A DNA stretch of 63,788 nucleotides, the filler included, from Reclinomonas americana ATCC 50394 (lineage: Eukaryota), in NCBI GenBank assembly GCA_048213135.1. It is 6 parts of 2 records of this genome, joined end to end, with 100 filler letters (N's around TTAATTAATTAA, not from the genome) between each part and the next. Parts side by side here need not be neighbours in the genome. Positions count along the whole stretch, not along the records: positions 1 to 16,981 come from PS015262.1; 5 more parts are not named here. One strand, given 5' to 3'. The notes beneath the pieces are model-generated. The model had not been told where the DNA came from. It searched no databases and was given only the letters and a program-made list of their open reading frames with translations. Below, in pieces: positions 1 through 15,607 of this stretch. How positions within the stretch are numbered: the first letter of the stretch is position 1; every line of letters begins with the position of its first letter. The translations under genes were made by a program, and so were the position numbers.

Positions 1-369
1 GTGGTCGGAGATTGCTGGTCATGATTGACGTGTAACTCACTTGTCTGCCTGCCTGCCTCTCCCTCTGTGCGACTGCTGCCGGTTGTCAACGTGTGCAGTG
101 TTGCGTTTTTTTATTGTGTTTGCTTGTTTGAACTCCGTGCTCGACTTGTCTCTCGCTTGTGTGGCATCAACTCCGTGCTTGCTTGTCGTGCCTTGCTTGT
201 GTGTGTGTGATCACTGTTGTTGTCTGGCCGTCTTTCGGCAATCTTCTGGCTCATTCGCTGCAGCACTGTTTGTCCGCCTCGTGGTGGTTCTCTCGTGCTG
301 TTCTCTGGCCTTCTTCCCTCTCTTGCTCCCTCTTCCTCTCCCTCTGCCGTTTCCTATCCGAACCTCAAG

Positions 370-810
370 GTAGAGAGAGTGTGTGTATGTTACACCGTTT
401 CCCCTCCCGTCTCTCTTGCTCCCTCTTCCAAACCTTCTCACTCTCTGTCACTTTCCTCCGCGTCCGCCTTCCGCCTTTCATTACCCATCCGTGCCTCAAC
501 CCATTCATGCGTCTCTGCCCGTGATAGAGAGTGTGTGTGCTTGTTCTCTGTCTTTCGTCCATCTCCCCTCCCGACTCTCTTGCTCCCTCTTCCGAACCTT
601 CTCTTCCTCTCCTCACTTTCCTCCGTGTCCGCCTTCCGCCTTTTCATTTCCCATCCGAGCCTCTACTCTTTCGTGCGTCTCTGTCCGTGGAAGAGAGTGT
701 GTGTGCGTGTGCTCGGGCCTTGCTCTGTCTCCCCTTGCCTCTCACTCCCTCTTCCGAACCTTCACTCTCTGTCACTTTCCTTTGCGTCCGCCTTCCACCT
801 TACCGCTTTC
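370..810. repeat. ~150-bp degenerate tandem repeat (3 copies) in ACBP intron
   Basis: Recurring agagagtgtgtgt...ctccctcttcc(a/g)aacctt...tcactttcct...gtccgccttcc units starting near 372, 526 and 692. Confidence 0.8.
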
Positions 811-991
811 TCTCTCCCTCTTCTGCATCGCCATCGAGTCAGAGCCCATTCTTCTTTGTTCCTCTGGCTGTCAGTGCTTGTGTGTGCCGCTGCCTGTTGC
901 ATGCTCTTGTCCCTCTTATCTCCCCCCCCCCCCTTCCTTCTCTCACGCTCCCACTCCCAATCCGTTTCTTGCGTCGCCGCCAGATCTCGTT

Positions 992-1116
992 CCCTTTCAC
1001 CTTCTCTGGCACTTCATTCTCTCTCCTTGTGTGCTTCTTGTATCTTCTCACTTTCCCTTTCACCTTCTCTGGCACTTCATTCTCTCTCCTTGTGTGCTTC
1101 TTGTATCTTCTCACTT
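992..1116. repeat. Near-perfect ~63-bp direct duplication just before the ACBP acceptor
   Basis: ccctttcaccttctctggcacttcattctctctccttgtgtgcttcttgtatcttctcactt occurs twice in tandem. Confidence 0.9.
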
Positions 1117-1126
1117 GCTCGCACAG

Positions 1127-1235
1127 GGAGGGCCGCGCCAAGTGGGACGCCTGGAACTCGGTCAAGGGCGTCGCCAAGGACGAGGCCATGCGCCAGTACA
1201 TCCAGCAGGTGGGCGTCCTCCGCGCTCAGCAGTAA
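1127..1235 (+). CDS. ACBP: Acyl-CoA-binding protein, last exon (upstream exons outside window)
   Basis: Pyrimidine tract and gcacAG acceptor, then EGRAKWDAWNSVKGVAKDEAMRQYIQQV*, matching the ACBP C-terminal signature (GxAKWDAW..KG..K.EAM..YI). Confidence 0.88.
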
Positions 1236-1640
1236 GCGAACGCTTCGCTTCTCGGCGCGTGGGTGACTAGCTTCGCCCACCGCCGCTGTTCCCTCTTGAA
1301 ATGAACACGCGCAAGCTGGTGAAACACGAACACATTCATTTTTTCTCTCATGCACTATTTTATAACGCTGTTGCTCCACTCCCCTCTTCCGGGCTCACCA
1401 CGCGCCTGCTTGCGTGCACGAGTAGGCAACACACGCGCGCGGCGACCCAACAACAACAAAACACGCAAAACACAAAGCTCATTACGTCCTCTATTCCTTC
1501 TTTTTCACACACACACACAGCGTGCGCAACACGCGCACACTGGGGCGTACACACATACACTCGCTCTCTCACTCCATACACACAAAATGAATACACAACA
1601 ACAACAACAACAAATACGGATACACGAGAAGAAAAACGCA

Positions 1641-3528
1641 TTATGTGGCATTCGCTCGTCGCATGTTGCCAGCCTGCTTCAGCCGGCTCAGCGTCTGCTT
1701 GAGATCCTTCAGCAGCAGGTCGAGCCACTGCAGTTTCTCGTAGCGGGTGAAGACCGTGGCACAGTGGTCGCTGCGTGGGAGGGAAAATGAGGAAAGGCAA
1801 AGGGGAGAAAGGAAGGAAGAGATGGCGATGCACAAAAAGAGCACAAGGAGAACCAGGACGGTGGGAGAACGAGACAAGAAGAATGAAGGAGCGATGCGGC
1901 ACAGAAGACCAGAGTCAAGCAGAACTGGATCACGAGAGAAAGAAGAGCAATGAGCTTCACACAGACAAGCGCAAGGAGAAGGGAAGGCACAGAAGAGCAA
2001 GGGACAGTATGAGCCAGATCGGCAGTGAGAGACGAACAACGGGACCAAGGCAGACACAAGGGCAACGAGGAAAAGGGAAGGAAGAGCAAGGAACAAGCTG
2101 AGAGGAAGGCACGAAGAACCAATAGGGACAATCACAGGAACAGCAAGGAGACTCGTACATGATGATGACAAAAGATCGCCAAGTCAAGCATGACAGAGGA
2201 AAGAGATGGAGAACTGGACCAAGATAGACAAAGACAAGCACAAGGAGAAGGAAGGCACAATAGAACAAGCAACAAGCCAATGGCACTGAGAGGAACGCAC
2301 GAAGAACCAATAGGCACCAATCACAAGAACAGCAAGGAGACTCGTTCACGAATGAGACAAAAGATCACCAAGTCAAGCATGACAGAGAGGAAAGAGGTGG
2401 AAAGCTGGACCAAGAGACAGAGGAGCAACGTGTAGCACGTGGAGACAAGGACGAGGAGAAGAAGGGAAAGAGCTAGATTGGCGGTGAGACAGAAAACGAA
2501 GAATGGGACCGACATGCACAACAGCAACGTGCTGCACGTGGAGACAAGGACAAGGAGAAGAAGAGCATGAGCTAGATTGGCGGTAAGAGACAGAAAACGA
2601 AGAATGGACCAAGGGAGGCAAAGGAGCAAGGTGCTGCACAAGGAGGAGAGGCACAGAAGAGCAAGAGCTTGATCAGCTGTGAGTAACAGAAGACGAAGAA
2701 CGGGACCGCACACAGACAAGCACAAGAAGAAGGAAGGAAGTGAACAGAGAAGCAAGGAAGAAAGAGGAAACGATCAAACGCCCTCGCGAAATCGACATGC
2801 ATGCACAACCGAACAGGCCTTTCACACACTCTCTCCCTTTCCCTCTCTTCCACACTCACCCCGTGTACTGCGTAAAGACCACCTCGCGAGTGGCCTTCCA
2901 TTGCCTCGCAATGCCCAAGTACTCGTTCTTGTGAGTCTCGCGCCACAGTCTCGGGTACAACGCAATCGCCTTTTTTGCAAAGGAAATAACCGCAAAAAAT
3001 AAGTGTCAAAAATAAACACACAGCACACAGAGAGAGACACAGACGCAGCAGCAAGGGAGACAGAGAGAGAGAGAGAGTGAGAGTGTGTGTGTGAGAGTGT
3101 GCGTGAGATGTCTCACCCGATCATAGAACTCGAGAAATCGTTGGCCCTTCTTGTCGAGCTCGCCACCAAGCAGCTCAAACAGCTCTTGTGGTTCTGTGCA
3201 TCATCATCAACACACACACACGCACACACAAGAGTGAGAACAAGTTGCACGAGTGCGATGGCACGCGTTTGCCACTCTCACAAACGACAGACTCTACTCT
3301 CTGTCACGTGTGTCTCTCACCTTGCCCAAGCGCTGCGTTTGACATGCAGTACCGGTGCAGATCCTCCACCGTCATGTCGGTTTGCGCGGCTGCCATTGCT
3401 TCGTCTTCTTTCTTGCGCGCTTCTTGTTGTGCGGTTGTTAATTCGTCGTCCCGTCGTTCGCGAATTGGAGAAGCACGTCGCTCGAGTTCGGCACAAATGT
3501 GTTCCGCGCAGCTCAGCGTTGCCGTCAT
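1641..3528 (-). CDS. Hypothetical protein, 4 exons (3528-3321, 3193-3117, 2969-2860, 1770-1641), 174 aa, predicted helical
   Basis: All three introns are GTGAG...AG with consistent phases (1, 0, 2). Spliced ORF MTATLSCAEH...EPQELFELLGG...AIALYPRLWRETHK...DHCATVFTRYEKLQW...NAT*. No family recognised. Confidence 0.7.
1900..2770. repeat. Degenerate purine-rich tandem repeats filling intron 3 of the hypothetical gene
   Basis: Repeated blocks such as gcacgaagaaccaatagg, caagtcaagcatgacagag, cacgtggagacaaggac and agacagaaaacgaagaatgg. Confidence 0.7.
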
Positions 3529-4377
3529 TTTTGTGTGTGTGTGGGGTGTGTTGGGTGGAATACAGGAACGGTGGTGTTGGCTGCGTGCAACGATTGATAT
3601 GAGTTGATTTTTCCACGAGCGTGCGTCGTGTGTTGCCTGCGGGACGATTTGATCGATTTCGGTATCGGGGAATGGGGTGAAGCTATGGCAGCGCGTGTGT
3701 GTGTGCTGGTGGTGGGGAAGCGAGCGGGTTGTACGCTTGCATCGACGAGTCCGTTCGAATAACACGCATCGGCAGAGCGAAAAGCAAAAAAGACTTCAAT
3801 CGATTTCACGATACCGATATCGCGATCGCTCGCGATCACAAATAATAATAATAGAAAGTTCACTGATCCATACACAACAATGAGCATCTACCAGTGATCG
3901 CCAACATTTACTTGCCGACATTGACGTCCTCGGCACACCAACAACGTTCAGCACACAATCTTTTCTCCACCAGTCGTCCNNNNNNNNNNNNNNNNNNNNC
4001 ACACACACACATGGAACCTGCTGCTGCCTCAAGACTGGTGTCTGTGTTGATGTTTTGGATATGGTTGAACTTGGTCATCAAGACAGCTGTTGCTTGTTTG
4101 TTGGTGAATGAATTTGTTGTTCGAATTCGCAACGCTGCACCTGCTTCGTAGTCTCTATCGAACATCCGAACCCACCGGTTTTCTCGCAATTCCACTCTTC
4201 CTCCGGATCCAACCGCAGCGTTCCTTCGCGAAGATCGGGTCTTCAATTAATGACAGCGGCGTACGTGACACACCGCTGATCATGCCCGACTTCTGTCAAC
4301 TTGGAATGTCCCGTGTCAGCTGCTTCACATGCACACACACTTCGTCGGTCCTCACTCGAGAGAGCTCTTCGACGAGG

Positions 4378-6689
<2,312 letters not shown>

Positions 6690-6903
6690 CCATGTGGGAA
6701 GTGAAGTTCTGTGAGTGATTCTTTGCTGAGAGTATCTTCAAGTCGTGTCGTCTATCTCGCGTACCGTGTTGCACACAAAACCATGTGACGGTCCCGTCGC
6801 AAGCGAGGCGACTTTCGTGGATGCCTTCATGTCCTGTGTCAGCCTCCACACATACACACACCGACACAATAACACGCACACTCGAGAGAGCTCGTCAACG
6901 AGG

Positions 6904-8667
6904 ATGTCATCTCCGCCGCGCACACCACTCACTTTGTCGCCGACAGAGGTTTACGAGCAGCTGCTGCTGAAGGCTCGCCTGATTGGCCAGACGTGCGCCA
7001 ATGTGCATGTGCTAGAGAAGAAGGTTGACACCAATGTGCTTGAGCGTGCAGCTCGGAGTGTGTATGTTGCGCTGTGTCGCAACACCGGAACGGAGCCTGT
7101 ACCAGCACCAGTCACCAGCAGACAAGTGCGTCGCACGTGAACTCCACCGTCCATTGTGAGCTCGAGCTGACATCATCCACACAATAGGTTGCTGACCGAG
7201 GAATGTATTATCGCCACGACGCAGCGCCGGCGCCGGCATCTGCAATTCTGGTGCATGCCGCGTGCGGGCGTGTTGACGACATGATGACCGCGCTCTCGCA
7301 AGATGAGTCGGCGGCCTCCAAACTGACTTTGCGGTACGCATACTATTGGTCCCCTCAAGTCCCGGCCTGGGCAGTTGAAATCGGCCACTGCATCTGGATG
7401 GCACCGGAGGAGTCGGTGGTGGTGGTTCTCTTTCGCAGCTTGTCGCTCTCAAGCATCGACCACATGCTCCGCAACTGCGGCTGGTGGTTCCACGTCGCAA
7501 TTGCCTGCAGTCGATTGTGCACGCTGGTTGACGTGCTGCAGGAGCGCGGCGTCCAAGCTCTGACGGAACACACGCAGTTGGATATGGCACTCCGTGCGGC
7601 TGTCAGCATGTCAGATGGCCGCACTGTGCGCTGCCTCGGTGGACTTGGTCTCGCTCGTGGTGGTGATGCGCGGAAGATGCAGAAGCTGCTGATTGTCTGC
7701 CTGCGACACTGTGTGCTCAACGGCAAGACGGCGCTCCTCGCCGTCTTTCGTGAGTCATGGTCAGCCGGTGGTGGTCTGGTGGCGTGTGTTCAGCTGGAGG
7801 TGGCGGCCACCGCTGGCAACGTGGAGGCTGTGCGGGAGTTGCTGAGCGAGGGTGTTGCCGACCCCGGCTTCTGCGACAACTGGCCCCTGCGGCAGGCCGC
7901 ATATCACGGACACGAGGGAGTGGTGGCGGCGTTGCTTGCCGACGGCCGTGTGAAATCTGCTCACCCGAGCAATGCGGCACTGTGGTTGGCTTGTGGGAAA
8001 AAACGCCTGGGTGTGGTGTCGCTGCTGCTGGCGCGTGACGAGGTGGACGTGATTGAACCGTATTCCGAGCGCTTGGCGTATCCGGTCGTGGACGCAGCGG
8101 AGCGCATGATTGACCTCGTTGAATGTGAGAGCCAACTTGGCCTTTTCCGCGACAAATCGCCGCTGGAAAGGGCGACATTGAACAATGATCTTACGCTGCT
8201 GCGGATGCTGCTGGAGGCAGACTGTGCTCGGCGCCCTTCTGAGGTACGCTGGCTGCCTCTGCTTAGCCGTGTGCAGAGCATCGTCATGTTGCAGATGTTT
8301 CTTGATGATCCTCGACTTGTTGAGGGTCGCAGTGTTGAGCATCGGACTGTGGTTGATCACGTGCTGCATCGCCGCGGGATAGATTATGCAGATCGTGAGT
8401 GGAGGCGAGTGTGCGTGGCCACGATGTGCCTGCTTGAGCGAGAGCGCTATCGGTCGCTCATAACAACTGACGACTTTGTCTGTTGCATTGCGCACTCTCC
8501 TGATGGCGATCAAGTGTCGATGGATGCCCCCTTGAAGGCAGTTTTCACCGAGGCAGACAGTCGCGGTGTGTGGCCGCAAGTTCTCGCGCGGGTGTTTAGC
8601 GAGNNNNNNNNNNNNNNNNNNNNGTCGTCGTTCGTTCGTTCGTCGGTCGTCGTACGTACGTACGTAG

Positions 8668-8750
<83 letters not shown>

Positions 8751-9369
8751 GTTTTTCGTTCTCGTGTTCTCTCCCCTTGCTCCTCGCAGCTCTCTTTCTG
8801 TCTCGCTCTCAGTCCAATACTCCTCGTGCAACTCGGTCATCTTTCTCTGGCCCATTTTCTTGACGCACTGGCATGTCTGCTTGCAGTCTTCGCTCACGAG
8901 AAATTGTTTCCACTTGTCACTCGCGGAGTGCACAACGTCCTCCTGGATCGATCAATGCGAGCGCGCTCTCGCCTCGACCGAGCTCGAGTGTATGCTCGAT
9001 CGTTCATTGCCGTTTCCACTGGTGCAACTCAGTTGCGCCATTGCTCCCCCGGACTCCCGTAACTCAGCACCGTCAGTCGCCGTGCTTCGCCACCTGATCG
9101 ACGCTGTGGTCGTTGGAGATGGTGATCGCTCGTATCGTAGAGATAGCCACCACAATTGCCGTTCCGAGTTGCCGCTTGTGCAAATGCTGGCACCTGGCGG
9201 CGTTTTGCGTGGCCTGTCGCGGAGGACGCTGCATCGAGTGCTGCTGTACGAGATCTACCACGTTCTGCTGGCCGACAAGTTGCGGGCCAGCATGGGCGTT
9301 GTGTTGCCGTCGAGCGTTTGGATGCACATCGTGCTCTTTGTTCGATTGCCTCGGCGATGGGAACGCTGA
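6904..9369 (+). CDS. Ankyrin/F-box-like protein, copy 2 (type B); exons 6904-7125, 7188-gap(8603), 8887-9369
   Basis: Same architecture and ankyrin repeats as copy 1; phase-0 GTGCGT..aatAG intron; ends LPSSVWMHIVLFVRLPRRWER*. Confidence 0.85.
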
Positions 9370-9603
9370 TGAGAGATGCGAGGATGAAGAGAATAATGAA
9401 AATGAGTGAAGTTCGTTGAGTTCTTCTTCGTATAAACAAGTCGTGTCGTCCGTCTCAGACACCGTGTTCCGCCAATAAATGGACGCCCCCGTCGCCAGCG
9501 AAGCGACTTCCGCCACCTTGCAGTGTCCCGTGTCAGCCTCCTCAAGCACACACCGACACACACGCCCAATAACACGCACACTCGAGAGAGCTCGTCGACG
9601 AGG

Positions 9604-11615
9604 ATGTCATCTCCACCATGTCCACCGTCCACTCTGTCTCCAACAGCGGTTTACGAGCAGCTGCTGCAGAAGGCTCGCCTGATTGGCCAGACGTGTGCAA
9701 ATCTACAATGCAGGGATCCCAGCTGGGATCTTGAGCATGAAGCACAGGGGGTGTATGTTGCGTTGTGTCTCACCGTCGGAACACAACCCGTGCCAACGCC
9801 AGGAATATGCACATGTACACTGGTGTGTTGCATGCCTGCGCATCGCAGTCGAGCGCGCTAATTGTGCTGACGTCATCCACACTTTTGTGCACAGGAGAGA
9901 ACGTGGCCTGCGTCGGAGCGTGTGATGCATGCCGTGTGCGGTCGCGTTGATGAGTTGGTGGCATCGAGTCTGAATCTGCGTACGCGTGGGTACATCTCAT
10001 CCTCGTGGATAAGCGATGTCGCCCACTGTGTGTGGATGGCGCCCATGGTGTCGGTGACTGCCCTCTTTCGCCACCTGCCTGCCTCGTTTTTCGTCCAGAT
10101 GTGCGACGACAATGGGTGGTGGCTGGTCGCCGCCGTCGTCACCGACCGGTTGTGCTCGCTGCTCGACGTGCTTCAGGAGCGCGGTGTCCGAGCTCTGACG
10201 CAGCACGCGCAGTTGGATGTTGCACTCCGTGCTGCCGTCAGCATGTCGGATGGCCGCACTGTGCGCTACCTCGGCCGACTTGGTCTCGCTCGAGCTCGTG
10301 GTGCTGATCCCCAGGCGGTGCAGAAGCTGCTGGTTTCCTGCCTACGACACTGTGTGCTCAACGGCAAGACGGCGCTCCTCGCCGATCTCTGTGAATCGTG
10401 GCCCGTCAGTGATGGTCTGGAGGCGTGTGTTCGGCTGGAGGTGGCGGCCGCGACTGGTAATGTGGATGCCGTGCGAGAGTTGCTGAGCGAGGGAGTTGCC
10501 GACCCCGGCTTCTGCGACAACTGGCCCTTGCGGCAGGCGGCATATCACGGACACGAGGGGGTGGTGGCTGTTTTGCTTGCCGACGATCGAGTGGATCCTG
10601 CGCACCTGAGCAACGCAGCACTGTGGCTGGCTTGTGCAAAAGGCCACTTGGGTGTGGTGCCGCTGCTGCTGGAAAATGACGAGGACATGATTGTACCGTA
10701 TTCCGAGCGCTTGGCATATCCGGTCGTGGACGCAGTGAAGTGCAAGGTGGGCCTTGATGGACGGGAGCAGGGCAAACTCGACCGTTTCCACGGTAAGTCG
10801 CCGCTGGAAGTGGCGACGATGACGAGAAATGCGTCGCTGCTGCAGATGCTGCTGGAAGCCGACCGCACTTGGTTCCCGTCTGAGGTACGCTGGCTGCCGT
10901 TGCTTAGCCGCGTGCGGAGCATCGACATGTTGCGGATGCTGCTTGACGATTATCGTGTGGTTGAGGGTCGCAGTGTTGACCATATCACATTAGTTGCACG
11001 TGTTTTGGGTGTCGTCGATGATGAAGACGCTGATCGTGAAATTGGCGAAGACTCTGAACGTGACCGTGACTTGAGCCGACTGCCTGTGGCCACGATGTGC
11101 CTGCTTGAGCGTGAACACTATCGGTCGCACATTACAACAGATGACCTTGTTTGTTGCCTTGCACACTGTTGTGATGACGAAAAAATCTCGGCGGATGCCC
11201 CCGTGAAGGCAGTTTGCACCGAGGCTGAAAGTCGCGGTGTGTGGCCGCAAGTTCTCGCGCGGGTGTTTAGCGAACAGCACCTTGCACCTCAATGGATGCG
11301 AGTTCTGTTGTCGCTGTCTGTGGCACGGCCGCTTGTTGGCAGTGATGTGCTTGCCCCAGCCATGAACAGGATTGTCAGGAAGCTACACCGAAAAGTCGTA
11401 AAGACTGAGAGTGATGACGACTCCAGCACAGCATCGGAGGTGGACGAATGGGAGTGTGACCGGTATTCGCCAATCAAGTCCTCGAATCTGGACGCGCTGG
11501 CCGTGTTATGCCTTGCCAGAGATCAGCCACAGCTGGTGTGTCTGCCTCCTCTTTCTTCCCTCCTAGCGTGTCCCTTTTCTCCGCCTACCTTCTTGCTCCT
11601 TCTCCTTCTCCTTCT

Positions 11616-11650
<35 letters not shown>

Positions 11651-11785
11651 CTCTNNNNNNNNNNNNNNNNNNNNGTTACGTTAGTACGTTCGTTCCCGTA
11701 CCGTAACGGAAGTACGTCACCACACACGTCGGTGGTCGTTCGTCCGTCCCTCCCTTTCCTTTCCTTCCCTTCTCTCTCGTCTCGT

Positions 11786-11864
<79 letters not shown>

Positions 11865-12534
11865 GCCTCCTCCGTCTTCTCCTATTTTTCTTCCTCTTCC
11901 TCTTCTTCTTCTTCTTTCTCTCTCTCCCCAATCAGCTCTTCTCTATTTCGTGTCTTCTCTTCTCTTTCTTCTTGCTCTTAATCATTTGCTCGACTCACTC
12001 CATTGTCGTGTGCAGACTTCGTTAACAAGAAATCGTTTCGACTTGTCGTTCGTGGAGTGCACATTTTCTTCGTGGACCCGTCAATGCGAGCGTGCTCTGG
12101 CCTCGACCGAGCTCGAGTGCATGCTCGACCATTCGTTGCCGTTCCCACTGGTGCAACTCAGTTGCGCTATTGCTCCGCCGGACTCCCGCAACTCGGCGCC
12201 TTCAATTGGGGTGCTTCGCCACCTGATCGACGCTCTGGTCGTTGGAGATTGTGATCACTCGTACCGTAAGGATTGTGCTCGTCGCTGCTGTTCCGAGTTG
12301 CCGCTTGTGCAAATGCTGGCTCCTGGTGGCGTTTTGCGTGGCCTGTCGTGTTCTACGCTGCATCGAGTGCTTCTTTACGAGATCTACCACGTTCTTCTGG
12401 CCGACAAGTTGCGGGCCAGCCTGGGTGTGGGTTTGCCGTCGGACATGTGGATGCACATCGTTCTCTTCATTTGGCTGCCTCGACGATGGGAGTTTGAGTG
12501 TCGGAAGGACTGGCTGCGAATGAATAGATTATGA
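9604..12534 (+). CDS. Ankyrin/F-box-like protein, copy 3 (type A); exons 9604-9822, 9895(or 9898)-11535, 12016-12534
   Basis: Complete coding exons with in-phase GT-AG introns; ankyrin repeats; LPSDMWMHIVLFI near the C-terminus. Confidence 0.88.
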
Positions 12535-12755
12535 ACAGATTAAATGGACTGTTGTCGTGCAGTCCTGTTGGTTCTCCTTCTCGGAGTACAGCAACACGTC
12601 GGGTCCTCTATCGATAACACTCGTGTTGTACAACAGCTGTCGGCTGAGCGCGCGACTTCCGTCAACTTGAGATGTCCTGTGTCGGCCTCACGCACCGCAG
12701 CGACACTCGAATCCACGCACTCGGTCCTCACTCGATCGAGAGCTCGTCAACGAGG

Positions 12756-14754
12756 ATGTCATCTCCGCCGCGCACACCACTCCCTTTGTCGCCGACAGAG
12801 GTTTACGAGCAGCTGCTGCAGAAGGCTCGCCTGATTGGCCAGACGTGTGCCAATGTGCTGGAGAATATCGACAACAATGTGCTTGGGCGTGCAGCATGGA
12901 GTGTGCATATTGCGCTGTGTCGCAACGCCGGAACGGAGCCTGTACCAGCACCAGTCACCAGCAGACAAGTGCGTCGACGTCGCACGTGAACTCCACCGTC
13001 CATTGTGAGCTGACATCATCCACACAATAGGTTGCTGACCGAGGAATGTATTATCACCACGACGCAGCGCCGGCGCCGGCGTCTGCGATTCTGGTGCATG
13101 CTGCGTGCGGTCGTGTTGACGACATGATGACCGCGCTCTCGCAAGATGAGTCGGCGACTTCCAGATCGGCTTTGCGATATGCATACTATTGGTCCCCTCC
13201 ACTTCCGCCCTGGGTAGACGAAATCGGCCACTGCATCTGGATGGCACCGGAGGAGTCGGTGGTGGCGGTTCTCTTTCGCAGCTTGTCGTTCCCAAGCATC
13301 AACCGCATGCTCCGCAACTGCGACTGGTGGTTCAATGTCGCGATTGCCTGCGGTCGATTGTGCCCACTGCTCGACGTGTTGCAGGAGCGTGGTGTCCAAG
13401 CTCTGACGCAACACGCGCAGTTGGATGTGGCACTGCGTGCGGCCGTCAGCATGTCGGATGGCCGCTCTGTGCGCCACCTCGGCGGACTTGGTGTTACTCG
13501 TGGTGGTGATGCGCAGAAGATGCAGAAGCTGCTGGTTTCCTGCCTACGACACTGTGTGCTCAACGGCAAGACGGCGCTCCTCGCCGATCTATGTGAATCG
13601 TGGCCCGTCAGTGATGGTCTGGAGGCGTGTGTTCGGCTGGAGGTGGCGGCCGCGACTGGCAATGTGGATGCCGTGCGAGAGTTGCTGAGCGAGGGAGTTG
13701 CCGACCCCGGCTTCTGCGACAACTGGCCCTTGCGGCAGGCGGCATATCACGGACACGACGGAGTGGTGGCGGCGTTGCTTGCTGACGGTCGTGTGAAACC
13801 TGCTCACCCGAGCAACGCAGCACTGTGGCTGGCTTGTGCAAAAGGCCACATGGATGTGGTGTCGCTGCTACTGGCGCGTGTCGAGGTGGACATGATTGAG
13901 CCATATGCCGAGCGCTTGGCATATCCGGTCGTGGACGCAGTGAAGCGCAAGGTGGGCTTCGTTGACTGTGAGAGGCGACTTGACTTTTTCCGCAATACAT
14001 CGCCGCTGGAAGTTGCGACGATGACGGGAAATGCGCCGTTGCTGCACGTGCTGCTGGAGGTCGACCGTTCTTTGTTCCCATCTGAGGTACGCTGGCTGCC
14101 GTTGCTTAGCCGCGTGCGGAGCATCGGCATGCTGCGGATTCTTCTTGATGATCCTCGGCTGGTTGAGGGTCGCCATGTTGAGTATCGGACTGTTGTTGCA
14201 CACGTGTTGGATGGCGTCGATGATGTAGACGCTGATCGTGATGTTGGCGAAGACTCTGAACGTGACCGTGACTTGAGCCGACTGCCTGTGGCCACGATGT
14301 GCCTGCTTGAGCGTGAACACTATCGGTCGCACATAACAACAGATGACCTTGTTTGTTGCCTTGCACACTGTTGTGATGACGGAAAAATCTCGGCGGATGC
14401 CCCCGTGAAGGCAGTTTGCGCCGAGGCTGAAAGTCGCGGTGTGTGGCCGCAAGTTCTCGCGCGGGTGTTTAGCGAGCAGCACCTCGCACCTCGATGGATG
14501 CGCATACTGTTGTCACTGCCGTTGGCACGGCCGCTTGTTGGCAGTGATGTGCTTGCCACAGCCATGAACAGGATTGTCAGGAAGCTACACCGGTTAGTCT
14601 TTGTGACTGAGAGTGACGACGACTCCAGTACAGCATCGGATTCGAAGGAGATAGATTCGGAGGACGAGTATACCTGGTATGTTTTCCCGCCAGTCAGATC
14701 TGCGAATATGTACGCGCTGGCTGTGTTATGCCTTACCGGTGCTCAACCTATGAT

Positions 14755-14800
<46 letters not shown>

Positions 14801-15371
14801 TGTGTATGTATGTGTTCCTCCTTCTCTCCGTCTGTCCCTGTCTCATGCACTTGCCTGTTGCTCGTCTCACTTGTATTGTCGTGTGCAGTCTTCATTCAAG
14901 AGAAATAGTTTCCACCTGTCGCTCACGGAGTGCACAACGTCCTCCTGGATCGATCAGTGCGAGTATGCTCTTGCCTCGACCGAGCTCGAGTGCATGCTCG
15001 ATCTTTCGCTGCCGTTCCCACTGGTGCAGCTCTGTTGCGCCATTGCTCCCCCGGACTCTCGCGACTCGGCGCCGTCAGTCGCCGTGCTTCGCCACCTGAT
15101 CGACGCTGTGGTCGTTGGGGATGGCGATCGCTCGTATCGTAGAGATAGCCACCACAATTGCCGTTCCGAGTTGCCGCTTGTGCAAATGCTGGCACCTGGC
15201 GGCGTTTTGCGTGGCCTGTCGCGGAGGACGCTACACCGGGTGCTGCTGTACGAGATCTACCACGTTCTGCTGGCCGACAAGTTGCGGGCCAGCATGGGCG
15301 TTGCGTTGCCGTCGAGCGTTTGGATGCACATCGTGCTCTTTGTTCGATTGCCTCGGCGATGGGAACGCTGA
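12756..15371 (+). CDS. Ankyrin/F-box-like protein, copy 4 (type B), ungapped; exons 12756-12968, 13031-14755, 14889-15371
   Basis: All junctions are phase 0 and GT-AG, giving a continuous spliced ORF of about 800 aa. Confidence 0.9.
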
Positions 15372-15607
15372 TGAGAGATGCGAAGATGAAGAAAACAAAA
15401 AAAGCCAGCAAAGTTCTGTGAGTGCTTCTTCGTGGAGTACAATATATACAAGTCGTGTCGTCCGTCTCAGACACCGTGTTCCGCCAATAAATGGACGCCC
15501 CCGTCGCCAGCGAAGCGACTTCCGTCGACGCCTGCATGTCCCGTGTCAGCCTCACACCGACACACACGCCCAATAACACGCACACTCGAGAGAGCTCGTC
15601 AACGAGG

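Noticed and set aside
25-1270. Long Ser/Leu/Pro/Cys-rich ORFs here, and other ORFs running through (CT)n, (GT)n, (GA)n or N gaps
   Set aside because: Artefacts of stop-poor low-complexity intron DNA and of translating N runs.
3908-4246. Minus-strand 112-codon ORF upstream of the array
   Set aside because: Non-ATG start, crosses a gap, and has no recognisable motif or splice support.
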